Assembly: GCA_903813345.2 (NCBI GenBank)
Contig: CAIIXF020000001.1
Span: 20,584,001-20,648,000 of the forward strand
Length of the DNA stretch: 64,000 nucleotides
Direction: 5' to 3'
DNA from: Owenia fusiformis
Taxonomy: Eukaryota
Under the pieces are notes generated by a model, which saw nothing but the letters and a program-made list of their open reading frames with translations, had not been told where the DNA came from and searched no databases. Position numbers and translations under genes: made by a program. This document shows positions 1 through 12,672 of the stretch, in pieces. Each line of letters begins with the position of its first letter. Position 1 is the stretch's first letter.

Positions 1-58
1 AATTTATAAATTCATTATTCTTCCAAAGTTCATGAGAAGTACTATGTTAACATTTTAG

Positions 59-1852
59 GGTTAATCCACATGAAGCAAACCATCACAGTGCATCGGTCAT
101 TAGATGTCCTCCTCACCCAGCCATTTGACCTGCAAGTAGCTCTCACACAGTACACTCATACAGATAGGGGCATTGAGACCACACTCAAACTAAAGGTGCT
201 GGATAAGTCAGAAGTGTGTGTATGGGAAGGAGATGTGGTGTTCCTAACTAGGAATAAACATTCTAGTCAAAGTGGAGGACATAGGATTAGGAACCAGACT
301 GCAGAAGAAGGTGATGGAATTTTCTGTTTTGTAATAACTAATTTTAGAAAGTAAATCAATCAGTATGTACAATGGTTTAGTTTCAAATAGGGTTTAGCCT
401 TCAGAAAGTAGATTTCCCTTGAAGAAAAGAATTATATAAAAATAAACAATAAATGCGTATATCTGTACTTTACTATCATAAAGAGGGCAGCTGTGTTGAG
501 GTTCATGTTCCCAGTAAAACCGGTGTGGACTACGCTCATGTGTCATCAGATTGGAATCCCCACCACCTGTGGACCTGGACTGCCAGACCATTAGGGTACA
601 AACAGCCTATCGCACATGGAATGTGGACTCTGGCAAGAACCATGGCAGTTCTTGGTTCATCAGGTGAGTCTTTAAACAGAACATTTTATATGTCATAGTT
701 ATACTAAAGCCAGTGGCAGAGGAAGTACGGGATTGAAAATCTAAATTTTTGATTTTTTTGTCACCACCAGGAGTGGTTACATATTGTTATAGTTACCAAC
801 TTTTTGTGGATAGTGTTCAGTGGTTGTGTTTTGCAGTCGATGTCTGTAACAAATGACAGGGGTGACATTTTGCATGTTAATGCCTAATTTATGTCTCGGA
901 CTAAAATGGCCCAGAATGATAGAAATTACTAAACATTTCAGTTTCACTACTTTCTTGAACAAATCTGAAAAACTTCTTCATCTTTTTACAACCAGTTTTT
1001 CATCATTATAGTTTAGTGTTCCTTTAATCCTCTGGACACCCTATCTACTTCTCTTGTGTGTGGGGGGGGGGTGTTGGAAAGGAGGGGTACAGTGGCTTAA
1101 AGCAAACCTAGGTTACTTAAAATACTGCTGAACAGTCACTGATCAGGTTTACTCATTTATAAGATAATTGTTTTAAGTTACTTAAGTCACTTCTTTGATG
1201 AGTTTATTGGCAAACAATGCATCCAGTGTTCACTGTTCAAGACCACTTTCTCTTACTGTTGAAAGTGAAAATTCAGAGACCAAGAATTCTGTCTTTGGTA
1301 TGTCATTTTGTGCCTGTCATTACTGTAACTTCTTATTTTTAAGTTCTAAAATGTATATAGAGGACACCACTGGCAACATTTGATATTACTGTTTATTGGT
1401 TAGATTCATTTATGTAAGGTGAAAACTATAAAATAGAAAGCAGATGTTGTCAACACCTAATAACCTCTAATTGCATTTCAATAATATTATTTTTATAGTC
1501 CACTAAATTGTTAAATGTTGCCAATAAATCTTGTGATTGCATTTTGAAATTCAGCCAAAAATTATTTTGAATTGTTCAATTATGACCCCCTCCCCATTTC
1601 TTCTATGTACCTATCGAACTTGCGTTTGAGTTCCTAATGTCATAAAAAAGATGTTATAACTTCTTGGTTTTAGATATAACTGTGAAGCCACCATACTATA
1701 TAAGTGCAGACTTTAAACGCCCTCTATTCATGCCAAATGACATTAAAATAACATTCGGGCAAGATGCTCACCAACAAAGTGAACACTGGTTTGTAGTACG
1801 AGATAATGTCACCAATGTACCACATTTAAAAGGTACTCTGAGACAGCTTTAA
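59..1852 (+). CDS. MaoC-like (hotdog-fold) dehydratase, 3-hydroxyacyl-thioester dehydratase HtdX-like; last 3 exons, 5' end outside window
   Basis: Exons 59-310, 484-663, 1674-1852 join in frame via phase-1 GT-AG introns. Translation includes GLIHMKQTI, the hydratase-2-like motif YAHVSSDWNPHH, PIAHGMWT and FKRPLFMP. Stop TAA ends at 1852. Confidence 0.85.
752..888 (+). mobile_element. Short Helentron/HINE-like non-autonomous element (family 1)
   Basis: T-tract plus GTCACCACC...GTGGTTACATATTGTTAT 5' end and GGGGTGACATTTTGCATGTTAATGCC 3' end; the same ends occur at 34315-34432 and 57784-59264. Confidence 0.6.
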
Positions 1853-3025
1853 GCATGGTGTATACATAATGTTAGGTTTAGTTGTCTCTGACCATTTTGT
1901 TCATCAAACATGCATCCTTAATAGAGCTACACAGCTGGGTACATGTATCAGTTAATGGCAGAATTCCAAGTAGTATTATCAGTTTTGAAAACATCCTGAT
2001 GACTTTGAATGTCAGACTTCTTGCCAAGTAAATATCCACAAAATGAAACTTTTACCATTGCATATGAAATATCACTGGGGGGTATCGTGATGCAACAACA
2101 CCGTGTTGTTGCATCAAGATGGCCAGACTTCCGGTGATAGATTTTCGTACGATATGTTGTTTCCCCAATTTAAACCCATTTCTAGGACGAGTTTCTCAAT
2201 AACCATACACGTGAAGTTAGCGCACGATCTATATTTAAAGAAACTGTCATTAGTATACATGTAGCATCATCAAGAAGCAAGAAGTTCACGGTTTTAGTTC
2301 CTCACTATTGATGCAACAACACCAAACCGAAGATGCAACAACACTCCTCTAGATTTGAGCAATGATGCAACAACACCAATTAATAGTATAATTTCAGAAG
2401 ACCATAAATCTCGAGAGGAACAGATTTTTAAATGCTACTATTGCAACACCGGGCCAGCACCCATTTGCGTTCTTCTCAGGCATTCAAAATACACGTCCTG
2501 CGGGCGAAGATTCTTTATATGTATTTTCAAAAATTTATACTTTTAAATATCATGATGTACTGGAAGTTGTTTTATAACATAGTTCAATCACCTTTAACAT
2601 TGCAAGCTATAGTAACCCAATCTATTATCATAAACCCCTGTTCCATAGTTTGATGACCCTGATACCAGTTAGTATCATTCAAAATGGTGGGGAAACATCT
2701 TTCGTTCTCGGTAAACACGACGAGCTATTGGAAATCTTGCACGGCGCACATGTAGAAGTATTGTTCTCTTTGGATTCGTTCTCCCCGATTGAGTAAAAAG
2801 GTAGGTAATAGGATTTAGGTCCCGAAAAGGTAAATTAATAGGGATACAGTAATCCCAGATTCCCCCTGGGCCCTCGGGAAATATCATAATGTGTCCCGGA
2901 ATAAAACCAATATTGAATCCCTCTCAGTAAATAACCTATATATAATAGCATTGTATAACTGCAATATCATTAAACCTACACTCATCGGAAGTTATGGCGT
3001 TTTGAAAACTCAAAATCGCTCTAAA

Positions 3026-3747
3026 AGGAGCACGTAGGTTATCGCAATCAATTTCAAACGATTCTAACTTGAATTATGAATATTTTCTGATCATGAACAT
3101 GGGTGTATCTTTTAGATCCATTCATTATCTTCAAGAAAGGTATATATAATGATAATTTAGTTAATCAGACCTAAGTGATATTGAAGGGGCAATGGACCAA
3201 TCAACATACTTTTTCAAAAATGTTGACCTAATTTTCACCAAAAATGCAACCTATTATTATATTGTTGAATGCATAATTAGAATGTGCTTTTAGACATGTT
3301 CGATTTCCTAAAGGGAAAATTTGATTGCTCCAGGGACTTTAAAGATATTCAATTTGGATGACCAAAATGAATTGAAACCAATGGATAGCATGAGATTTTT
3401 CAATGGAGAAATAACATGGGGAACACTTATCTTAATGCAATTCAGTTTTTCTTTCAAGAACTATTTGATAATCAAAATAAAGAATAGTAATGCATTAAAC
3501 ATTGTAAAAAATGATTGCATTTTTGGCGAAAATGGGGTCAACATCTTCAAAATGGGGTCAAAAAGTGTGTTGATGAGTTAATTGCTAGTTAAATATCTCT
3601 CAGTTTGTTTGAATTTATTATTACTGTGCATAATTTTCTTTGAGATAATGAATTGATCTAAAAGATAAACTTGTCTTCATTGTTAGAAAATAGTCATAAT
3701 CCAAGATATAACCTTCTGAAATTGTTTGCGATAACCCACGTGCTCCT
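3026..3747. mobile_element. Nested MITE (AGGAGCAC TIRs, Kolobok-like) inside the 3.2-kb element
   Basis: GGAGCACGTAGGTTATCGCAATCAATTTCA (about 3027-3056) is inverted at about 3717-3746. A related end occurs at about 40085-40135. Confidence 0.65.
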
Positions 3748-4284
3748 TTGGTGCCCCATGTTAAGTCAAAGGGAAAAAATATTTTTTTGAAGTGTAAAAT
3801 ACGACATATATACGACCGAGTACAGCTTAATTTAATGAAAGCCTTTAAATGAAGGGTACCTCAGCTCAAAAGCAATCTAGCTTCAAAATTTGGACACAAA
3901 AATGTCTAGGTCAAAATCTAGGTCAAATTCAAAAGTTTTCCTTATTTTTGTGATTCTGACACTACACTTCAATTATATTCTTCGAAATTGTGTATACATG
4001 TAGCCAAGAGTGTACTAATAGTGTTAGCCCTCTGCCGTCAGAAAGTATTTTAACCCACTTTTGAGATATGGTGTCCAAAAAGTAGGTCAAAATAAAAAAT
4101 TCACCAAATTTAACGTTTGAGTTATGAATGAAGAATAGAATTTTCTCAGGAATCAGAATCTGCAAACCAAATTTCGATCCGACTTCCGGTTCGGAAATTA
4201 TGGCGTTTTGAAAATTCGAGAAAAATCGATCTGATGGTATCCTGATAGAAAGTCAAGGGTAGCCAAGAAAATGTCGAAAAATCC

Positions 4285-4600
4285 ATCCATCCTTCCATCC
4301 ATCCTTCCTATCCTATCCTATCCTACTATTCTATCCTATCGTTCCTTCTTATTCTATCCTATCCTTCCTATCCTATCCCTTTTATCCCTATCCGTTCCTT
4401 CCTATCTATCCTTCATATCATTTCCTTCCTATCTATCTATCCTTCCTATCCTTTCCTTCCATTCCTTCATATCCTTTCCTTCCTATCCTTCCTATCTTAT
4501 CCTTCCTTGCTATTCTATCCTATCTTTCTTCTCTATTCTCTCCTATCGTTCCATCCTATTCTGTCCTATCCCTCCTTCCTATTTCATCCATCCATCCATC
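4285..4600. repeat. Pyrimidine-rich low-complexity microsatellite (TCCTA/TCCTT/TCCA)
   Basis: Degenerate short repeats, G almost absent on the + strand. Confidence 0.9.
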
Positions 4601-7600
4601 TTTTTCTGGATGACTCGGCTTAAAAAATCCAAATCTGGAGTCTGAAATTGAACTTGTTCAATTTTCAAAGTCTAGTTATATTAGTTCTTTGTAAACAATT
4701 CCCATACGATACGGTAAATCAAGGGGATTTAATTTAGAAAATGAATAATCTTTATTTTTCAGATACAATATCAATGAGGTTGGCTCCCGGGGATTCAATA
4801 CTTAGCCTATGTATTTAGTTTACCTTGTATATCCTTTTAACTTTGATAACATAAAGACAAATACATTAAGGAACCAAACAAAATACGTTTCATTCATGAA
4901 CCACGCACTCACGCGTTTTATTCATGTCCCGACCAACACCTACGAGATAAACAGAACGTGAAACAGTTTCGCTTGATATTCAATGATACATTATATTGGC
5001 GTTTTTGCATCAGCACATTGGTGTTGTTGCATCATCGATGATAAACAGAGTGGTGTTGTTGCATCAATAGTGAGGAATTAAAACGGCGAATTTCTCGCTT
5101 CTTGATGATGCTACATGCATACTAATGAGAGTTTTTTTAAATATAGATCATGGGCTAACTGCACGTGTATGATTATTGAGCAACTCGTCCTAGAATGGGT
5201 TTAAATTGGGAAAACAAAATATCGTACGAAAATCTATCACCGGAAGTCTGGCCATCTTGATGCAACAACACGGTGTTGTTGCATCACGATACCCCCCAGT
5301 GAAATATGATCAAGAAAATATCTCAGAAATGACATGCATTGCAAATATCATTCAAATAATGGCACTTTAGTCAGTAAACATTGTACTATTTATTTCAGAA
5401 ATCATCCATGTTTTTGTGGTCATCCCCAGAGGTCTTGCAAGGTGGCCAAATTTTTGTTAATTTTGAGATCTCTCAGAAGTATGACTTGTACTCAAGTGAA
5501 AGGTGTCATAGATAAGATTCCAGATATTATATTGTTTTTCAGATTCAAGCTTTAGAAAATACAAAATGTTTGAGTTTCTAGTTATTTAAGATATTTTCAA
5601 AGTATGGTTTTACTGTACATGTATTGTATTGTACTTGAATAGAAAATAATTTTGAGACCACAATTATTTTATCATTTATCTTATGTGTGCTTAAAAAATC
5701 AAGAATTCTCAACAATTTAGTGTAAAGTAATATTAGATATTTGAGTTGCTGATTTCGAGTCATAGCTAGCAGTGAATTAGTTACTATAAGTCTGGGAAAA
5801 TTAAAGCTGAAAACAATTTCCTCATTTTTCCAGTTCAGGTGCTTTGATGTTTCATAAAATTGCTATCATAATATAAGGTTATAAATCATGAATTAATGGC
5901 AGTAACATATACTGGTAGCGCATGACATGTTCCATGATATATTCTACCAGATGCATAAAAGATGCATGTTAATATGTTATATCCATATTACAGAACATTG
6001 AAAAATAATTGTTTTAAACTTTTAACTTTTATAACTATGATTGTTAGGGACTATGTCAAAACATGTAACCTTAGGTCAGACCCATCTCCAAACTTTTCCC
6101 AAATAATTGATCATAATCAAAGTTCAGTTATTGCTGATGACATGTTAAATGATTTTCATTAGTGGAACATTGTTTTTCTCCCTTCCCTTCTCTAACATAA
6201 ATAATTTTGCTAAAAATAACAGATTTATCTTTGACACAGTCCCTAAGTCAGAGTCATTATTACTAGCACCACGGCAACAGATGTTCACTGTTTATATTAC
6301 GCTTTGATTGTCCCAGTTGCTACGTTATAACTCATAACCCATCATCAGGTTTCAAATTAAAAGCTTTACACTTGAAATATTATAACATGCAGAAAGACAC
6401 ATTCAGAAAATGGAAAAATATATGATGGATTTATATCGTCAGAAATATCTCCACTAGATAGGTTTAGACCCTAAAAGGCCTCTTGAGCTATTATATGTGG
6501 ACATTTCTGAATATGTTCATGGAGAATAAAAAAAACCTGATTACAAAACATCAGGATTAATTAATGAATCCAAGGGCCAATATCTCCGTGTGAATAACTA
6601 CTTGGAATACTAGAATATAGAAGGAAATATCCCTGGAATAGTATTAAGGAGCAAACACTTATCAGGTAATATTGGCATAAAAAACTCATGCTTTAATTTA
6701 TGATGCTTGTCATTAAAAATAAGAAGTAATTTTGAATTCCTGTCATGTTTTTCCTATCAATAGTGCTGCTGATTAATCAGATAACAAGTTGAGATAATGA
6801 CTCGAGTGCATGATCAACGAAAATGTCAAACTATCATTTCACAGATATTAGCCTCTTTATCAGAAGAAACTTCATTTATAATTTATGGGCTAAAAATACA
6901 TTGTACTTGATTTAAGAAGATTGAAGTTTTTATTGAAACAATCATTTGATTCCTGAATTTTAATCGTCTCATACCATGTCATTTAAGGGAATAGCATAAT
7001 ACTCAATTGAATTTCATGTAATTTGTCATGCTTTTGAGAAACGGGGCAATGAGGGTTAATTATCTTCAATTGTCTTGAATTTAAGCCTAGGTTTGATTAA
7101 CTGAGCAGTGACTGGAGAACTCCTGTGGAAGTGGATGGGGCAAAAGAAGCACCAATAGACTTAAGATAAGCAAAGGTGAGACATTGTTTTTCAAGATTCA
7201 TTAATTTATAAAAAGTGATAGCATATATAGTAGATTCTTTTTTACCTTTCATAATAGAAAAATTTAAAAAAGTGAATTCTTACACACTACTTGTATTTTT
7301 ATTATATTCTTTTACCAGACATCCAAAGATTCAACTTCCAGAGTTAATCTTTGATTTCAAGTTCTGTTGACCAAGGTAAAACTAATATAAGCTTCAATAA
7401 CAATGCGGGGAAAAATCAATTTTGTTTATGCTTTAGATTAATTATTTACGACACACAGAGGTAACACAGATGTAGATGATGGATTTGATGTGATTATTAC
7501 ACCATTCACTTTCAACAGTACTCAACAATTTATCCAATATATAAACCTTTACCCTGTACCCTTTCTATTCGTACATTACCATGTCATATCCATCAGTTTT

Positions 7601-10600
7601 TTGCTTTGACGAGATAAGCTGTATGATGTCATGAGAAAAGTTTGTCTTGCAGAAATTAAGTTTTGCTGCAAATCATGTCAGCCTTTCTTTGACATCTAAT
7701 CAATAAAGAATGAATTGAAGGTTAATGAAAATCATAATTTGTGCTTATATAATTGCTGTTCTGAACTGGAAATTCCCTGTTTTCTATATTAATGGTCATA
7801 CTAACCTCATTTCCCATAGGTTCAAAATGACATAATTGCATTCACATTTGAATAGAAAAAATTCTCCTAAGGAATTTAGAATAGGCTATAAAAAACATTT
7901 ATTTAAAATATAGAAAACTGTAGACTGTTTATATTGATGAAACAAAAATCCATTCCGACCATTGCATTTTCCGTGTAACACTATTGATTTATATACAATA
8001 CGTATTTGTCTGTATGGAGCAATTCACATGAGGAGAGCAGGTATAAACCATTACCTTCTTAAACGAGAATTATTTCCAATACATTGCGATAATTATGATA
8101 AATATGTCATAAAGGACATTCAAATGGAATAGATCTTTGTCAGAAAGAGTTGTACTTATATTTGAATGGGATGAAAAAGATGTTCAAAGCTTTCATTTTA
8201 CTTTGGTTTACTCAGTCAAGAGGATCTGGCTGTACACAGACATATTGCAAATTGTTATTGGATTTTGTAGAGGAGTAATGTCCCGGTTATGGGTTCTGTT
8301 GGCTATGTACCATCATTATGCGAAATGATTACTTTTAAATTATTGAAACAACAGAATAGCACTAAGTGATTTCATACACATATAAGAATATATATCACAC
8401 AAAAATGAGTTTGCTGGATTAAAATATTATAACACATTAAATCTATGTTTGTAGAGATGAGATGGATGATTTGATGTAGAGCCAAATGTAGAAATGACAT
8501 AAACAGTCAATGTTCCAGGTAAGTCTACATTGTATTTATTTACTCTCAGCGTACAATATTGTTCCAAAGCTGGCAGTGAAATATCTGTTATATGACTGTC
8601 AAATAATTGACTTTATATGATACTGTATTGTTTTATCATGGGCTTTCAAGAGAGCCCACGGTTTTATGTATCGGACCGATACCAAACCTCATTTTGTTTA
8701 TAATAAGTGTTCTAGTTCAGGGAAAAAATAGAAAATTCCTCTCAGAAGTCAACCATTTATAAATAATCTCTCTATAAGGTCTAAAAGTATCTTTCACTAG
8801 AAGATTCTTTTAAAAATTATACCAGGGGATTTTACCCCTACCCAAAATACTACAGAAATTTCCCCTGAAAGTTTTTCATCTCAGGATATAAATTATTTCT
8901 CTCCAGAAAATGTTTTGGTTCTTGGAAGGTGTTGTTGTAAAAGATAGTCACTGTGTATGGGAATTTGGGAAATGGGTTAAATGTGTTCGTTTTTGGAACT
9001 CATGGAATCTTTTGTATATCTTGATTTTCTATGATATTTGCTATAAAAGGCTCTACCTAAAGCCAGAGCTAAAATAGTACAAAGCAACTGTCTATGTCCC
9101 TAAACTATACTCATGCACCATCTGCCAGTAAGCATTAAATAATTTAAAAGATCCACATCAACTGATTCTTATTTCACCCCTGTCCAATAAGTCTCTTAAT
9201 CATGAAAACATTCCACTTTGCCATTGTCCTCTGATCCCTGACTGCCATTGTTTTTGTTATGAAGTGATAGTCCCAATTTTAGCATTCTCTCTGGGCATGG
9301 CAGGCAATGTCATGAATGTTGATATTTTACTGTAAATGATTATGCTACGACACTTGAGGGGAATTAATTAATTAAGTAAGGATATAAAGTTTGTATTGGT
9401 AGTTAAACAGCTTAGAATTTAATCAAATGTCGTCTATTGGTGAAATCATTCATTTGGAGATATTGCAAACAGCATTGACATGCTAAAATTCAATTAGAAT
9501 TAAAGTATCTGCCACTGACAGGTGAAATAAGTTCCAATACTTGGAATTTCAAAAAGACAACTTTCCCAACATTGTTCATGTTTTACCAAATATAAACAAT
9601 TTGTGATCACTTAGGATTGGATTTTAACTTGTTTTCACCATTTGTTACTATTTGAGAATTTGTTGTCTATGGAAAGTATAATCAAATCCCCTTAGCATGC
9701 ACCATACAGTATCACCCTCCAAACTTGCCGTAAAATATAATATCCATTTCTATAGGATAAAATCATCATCATTTTTACTCACACGCTCTATTTTATTTTG
9801 TATCTATGTAAACAAACAAGATATAAAGGAATGATATATACAACTAGATATTTACGAAATTACTTTTGTGTTGAAAACAGCATAACTGAAAAACCTGTAT
9901 ATACGAACACCTCTCTAATTTGAACACCTCAATGTGGATGCTTGTCTGTCCCATTTCTTAATCTATCTTCCATAGACTTCCATGTTAAAAAACTCAAAAT
10001 GTGAATACCTATCCAAACACTTTTGACCAGTAACAGTTCAGACTAGACAGGTTTTACTGACAGTTTATTTCATACATTTAGTTAAAAATATACATATATC
10101 GAATAATATCATGGAATTAGCTAAGAAATATGCAGTAATACTGCATTTAATTATCAACCTGAAACTTGCGACAGTTCTGATTCATCGTGGCTTTAGCAAA
10201 CATTTCATTAATCTTAAGAGAAATAAAGCACTGTTATTTCCAGATAAAGGCAATAATTAATCTTGCTATTTGCTTTCTGTTACTAAGGGAACTTGAGATA
10301 TATTTAAGAAGACTAATATAAGATTAGATTGCATTTTGTAGCTTCAAGTATGGTGTATATGGCACCCTTATGTGTAATGCTACAGTCGTTGACTACTCAA
10401 AATATGCAAACATACTACATAGTTTGCTCAAAATATAATACTGCTGAAATAAAATTGCTGCAAATAAGGAATAATGCAACTGCACTTTATTGGAAATCAT
10501 TTCCTTAAAATTTTGAAGATATGTGTCTTTTTGGCTCTTTGTCAGCTATTTCAAATTATATATCATGTTATTGTGATTTTTTGAAGCATGTTAGGTAAAA

Positions 10601-11465
10601 TCATTTATTGCAAATGTACATGTACTCATTTATGAATTCCTCAAAAGATAACAAAATAATAGTGTTTTACTCTGTTTTCTATCTTTGGTATAAAAAAAAC
10701 AGGAAACTTGCATCTATGCAATGTGTATTCTTGTATTTATGTAAAAATGATTGATTGTCAAGCGTTCAGTCAGGGTTAAAATGCTTGCACCATAGGATGT
10801 ATCAATAAAAGGTTTCTATCAAAATGTTTTGCACATATTATCGATTTGATACAGTTTACTAGCATTGAGAATGCATGAGAATTGTAATTACATAAATGTC
10901 ATGTATATATGATGAACCTTATCTTTGGCTCATGCATTATATATACGTACCACATAATGTGAAATATTGCCTATCATTAGACCTCTATATTAGACCTGTT
11001 GTAATTAATAAGGGTGGGACATTATAGACATGTAATTGGGTCAGTTAGATCAATTTTCTGTAATTAAGTCTTAATTTCATAATTTGAACATGAGGGAGAA
11101 TACTCATATTCTATAAACTACTGTACATAACATTTTAAAAAGTACATGTATAATGACTCCATTAATTTTCTGAACTTAACATTATGAATAGATTATGAAA
11201 ATAAGCATTTAAAAAAGATAATCTTAAGATTTGAAAATAATGGTTTGTTTACAACATTATTCTCTTTACCATTTGTTTCATATGGCCCATTATTTCATTA
11301 GGAATGAATGTGTTTTTAATCTTTTTTGGGCTTGGCTGTTGTTAACACTGTGCCAAACTTTCCTGATCAGCACAATCATAATATTAATGTTCAACATATA
11401 CAGTAAAACCTGTCTTAGTGGAAGTGGTTCAATTATCACTTAGGACTCTGAAAAGTATTAAGTTG

Positions 11466-11773
11466 CAAGGAGGGTTGGCTCCCAGAGTGCAACATTGATA
11501 TTTTGTGCCATGTATATAGGCATGCTATGATACAAAATTCGAATTCAAACAGCTGCCATTTTGTTCAACATTTTATCGTGATTTTTGGTCTTATTTCTTA
11601 GCGGCAAATTCCAAAACTCACAAGAAATGATCAAGATATAAGTTCAAATCATTTGAAATCTTTATTTTGAATTTATAATCTTTTATGGTTTCAGAAAATA
11701 ACGACATTTCGACGTTTTCATTGTTGGAAAATATTTCGATCCGAGTTTCGATCCTGGAAGCCAATCCTCCTTG
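11466..11773. mobile_element. MULE/Mutator-like MITE with perfect 9-bp TSD
   Basis: TIR CAAGGAGG(G/A)TTGGCT(C/T)CCAG. TSD ATTAAGTTG at 11457-11465 and 11774-11782. Second copy at 42736-43040 in the opposite orientation. Confidence 0.85.
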
Positions 11774-12672
11774 ATTAAGTTGTATGCCACTTCTAGAGGT
11801 GTTCCACTTTACAGATTTCACTGTATTTATATATATATTTATTGAGAAATCTTGTTGGGCCTTTAACACATTCTTGCACTTGAACTTTATAGACAACAGA
11901 TGCTATTGGCCATGTTATGCCCACCTTAAACCCAAAATTCAGCCAAGGCAACCCTCTATGATTCCCTAGTTGTATTTCCAATAATTATAGAATCGAATGT
12001 ATGTGCAGGTTATATATGCATTAAACATTGTATTAATATTATTGTTCTTTATGTTTTCAGTTGGCAGTAGCAATAGGTTGCCATAGAAACTAATAGATTT
12101 AATAGATGTATGGAATGGATGCACTGGCATGTTCAATTATTGCACTGCATGGTAGGTGTATTTACTTTATTATCAGATTTATAGATTTTAAAATACTATA
12201 CCATATTAAGCAGGGTGAACCTAAACAAACCCCTTTTACAATTATAAGTATACCACAAATTCTTTTTTACAGATACAAAGATTTGTGAACTTTTATTTCA
12301 TAATTAAAGATGTCTCTCTAGTGTCTAACTTTAATAGGTGATTTCATTAGAAATATTAATATTGTTTGCATGAAATGCCAACTTTTAAATAAATTGAAGT
12401 AAATTCCAATACATATTTAAAGGGAAAGTGGCAAATACATCAAGACATGGAAGGAACAAAAATACAAGTGAGAATCAGTGTGTCAGTGTGTGTCATTTGT
12501 GTCAATTCTAGTTTGGAAAATGATTCATCAACACTGCCCCATTAACAAAGCTTTATGTTTTCAACAAAGAGTTTGGTGGACCCATCAGTCATTTGTTTCA
12601 CCATATCAAAAAATTTAGCTTTCAAATCCAGTAGCCAAAACTCCATGTGCTTTTGTTCCAGAGCTATGAGCT

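Larger units (their letters stand above)
2073..5301. mobile_element. 3.2-kb non-autonomous DNA transposon, about 250-bp TIRs, CACTG termini, 6-bp TSD
   Basis: 2073-2322 is the inverted copy of 5052-5301 (CACTGGGGGGTATCGTGATGCAACAACAC...). Flanked by AAATAT at 2067-2072 and 5302-5307. Subterminal motif GATGCAACAACAC is repeated. No transposase ORF. Confidence 0.9.

Noticed and set aside
4271-4645. 124-aa S/P/I/L/Y-rich ORF
   Set aside because: Translation of a pyrimidine-rich microsatellite inside a transposon.
2073-5301. Calling the element a RAG/Transib transposon
   Set aside because: No transposase or RAG ORF, symmetric ends and a 6-bp TSD; kept only as an unclassified element.
5302-11450. 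Hidden protein-coding gene in the long AT-rich stretch
   Set aside because: Only short ORFs with no motifs or consistent exon chain; more likely intergenic DNA or PLPPR 5' introns.
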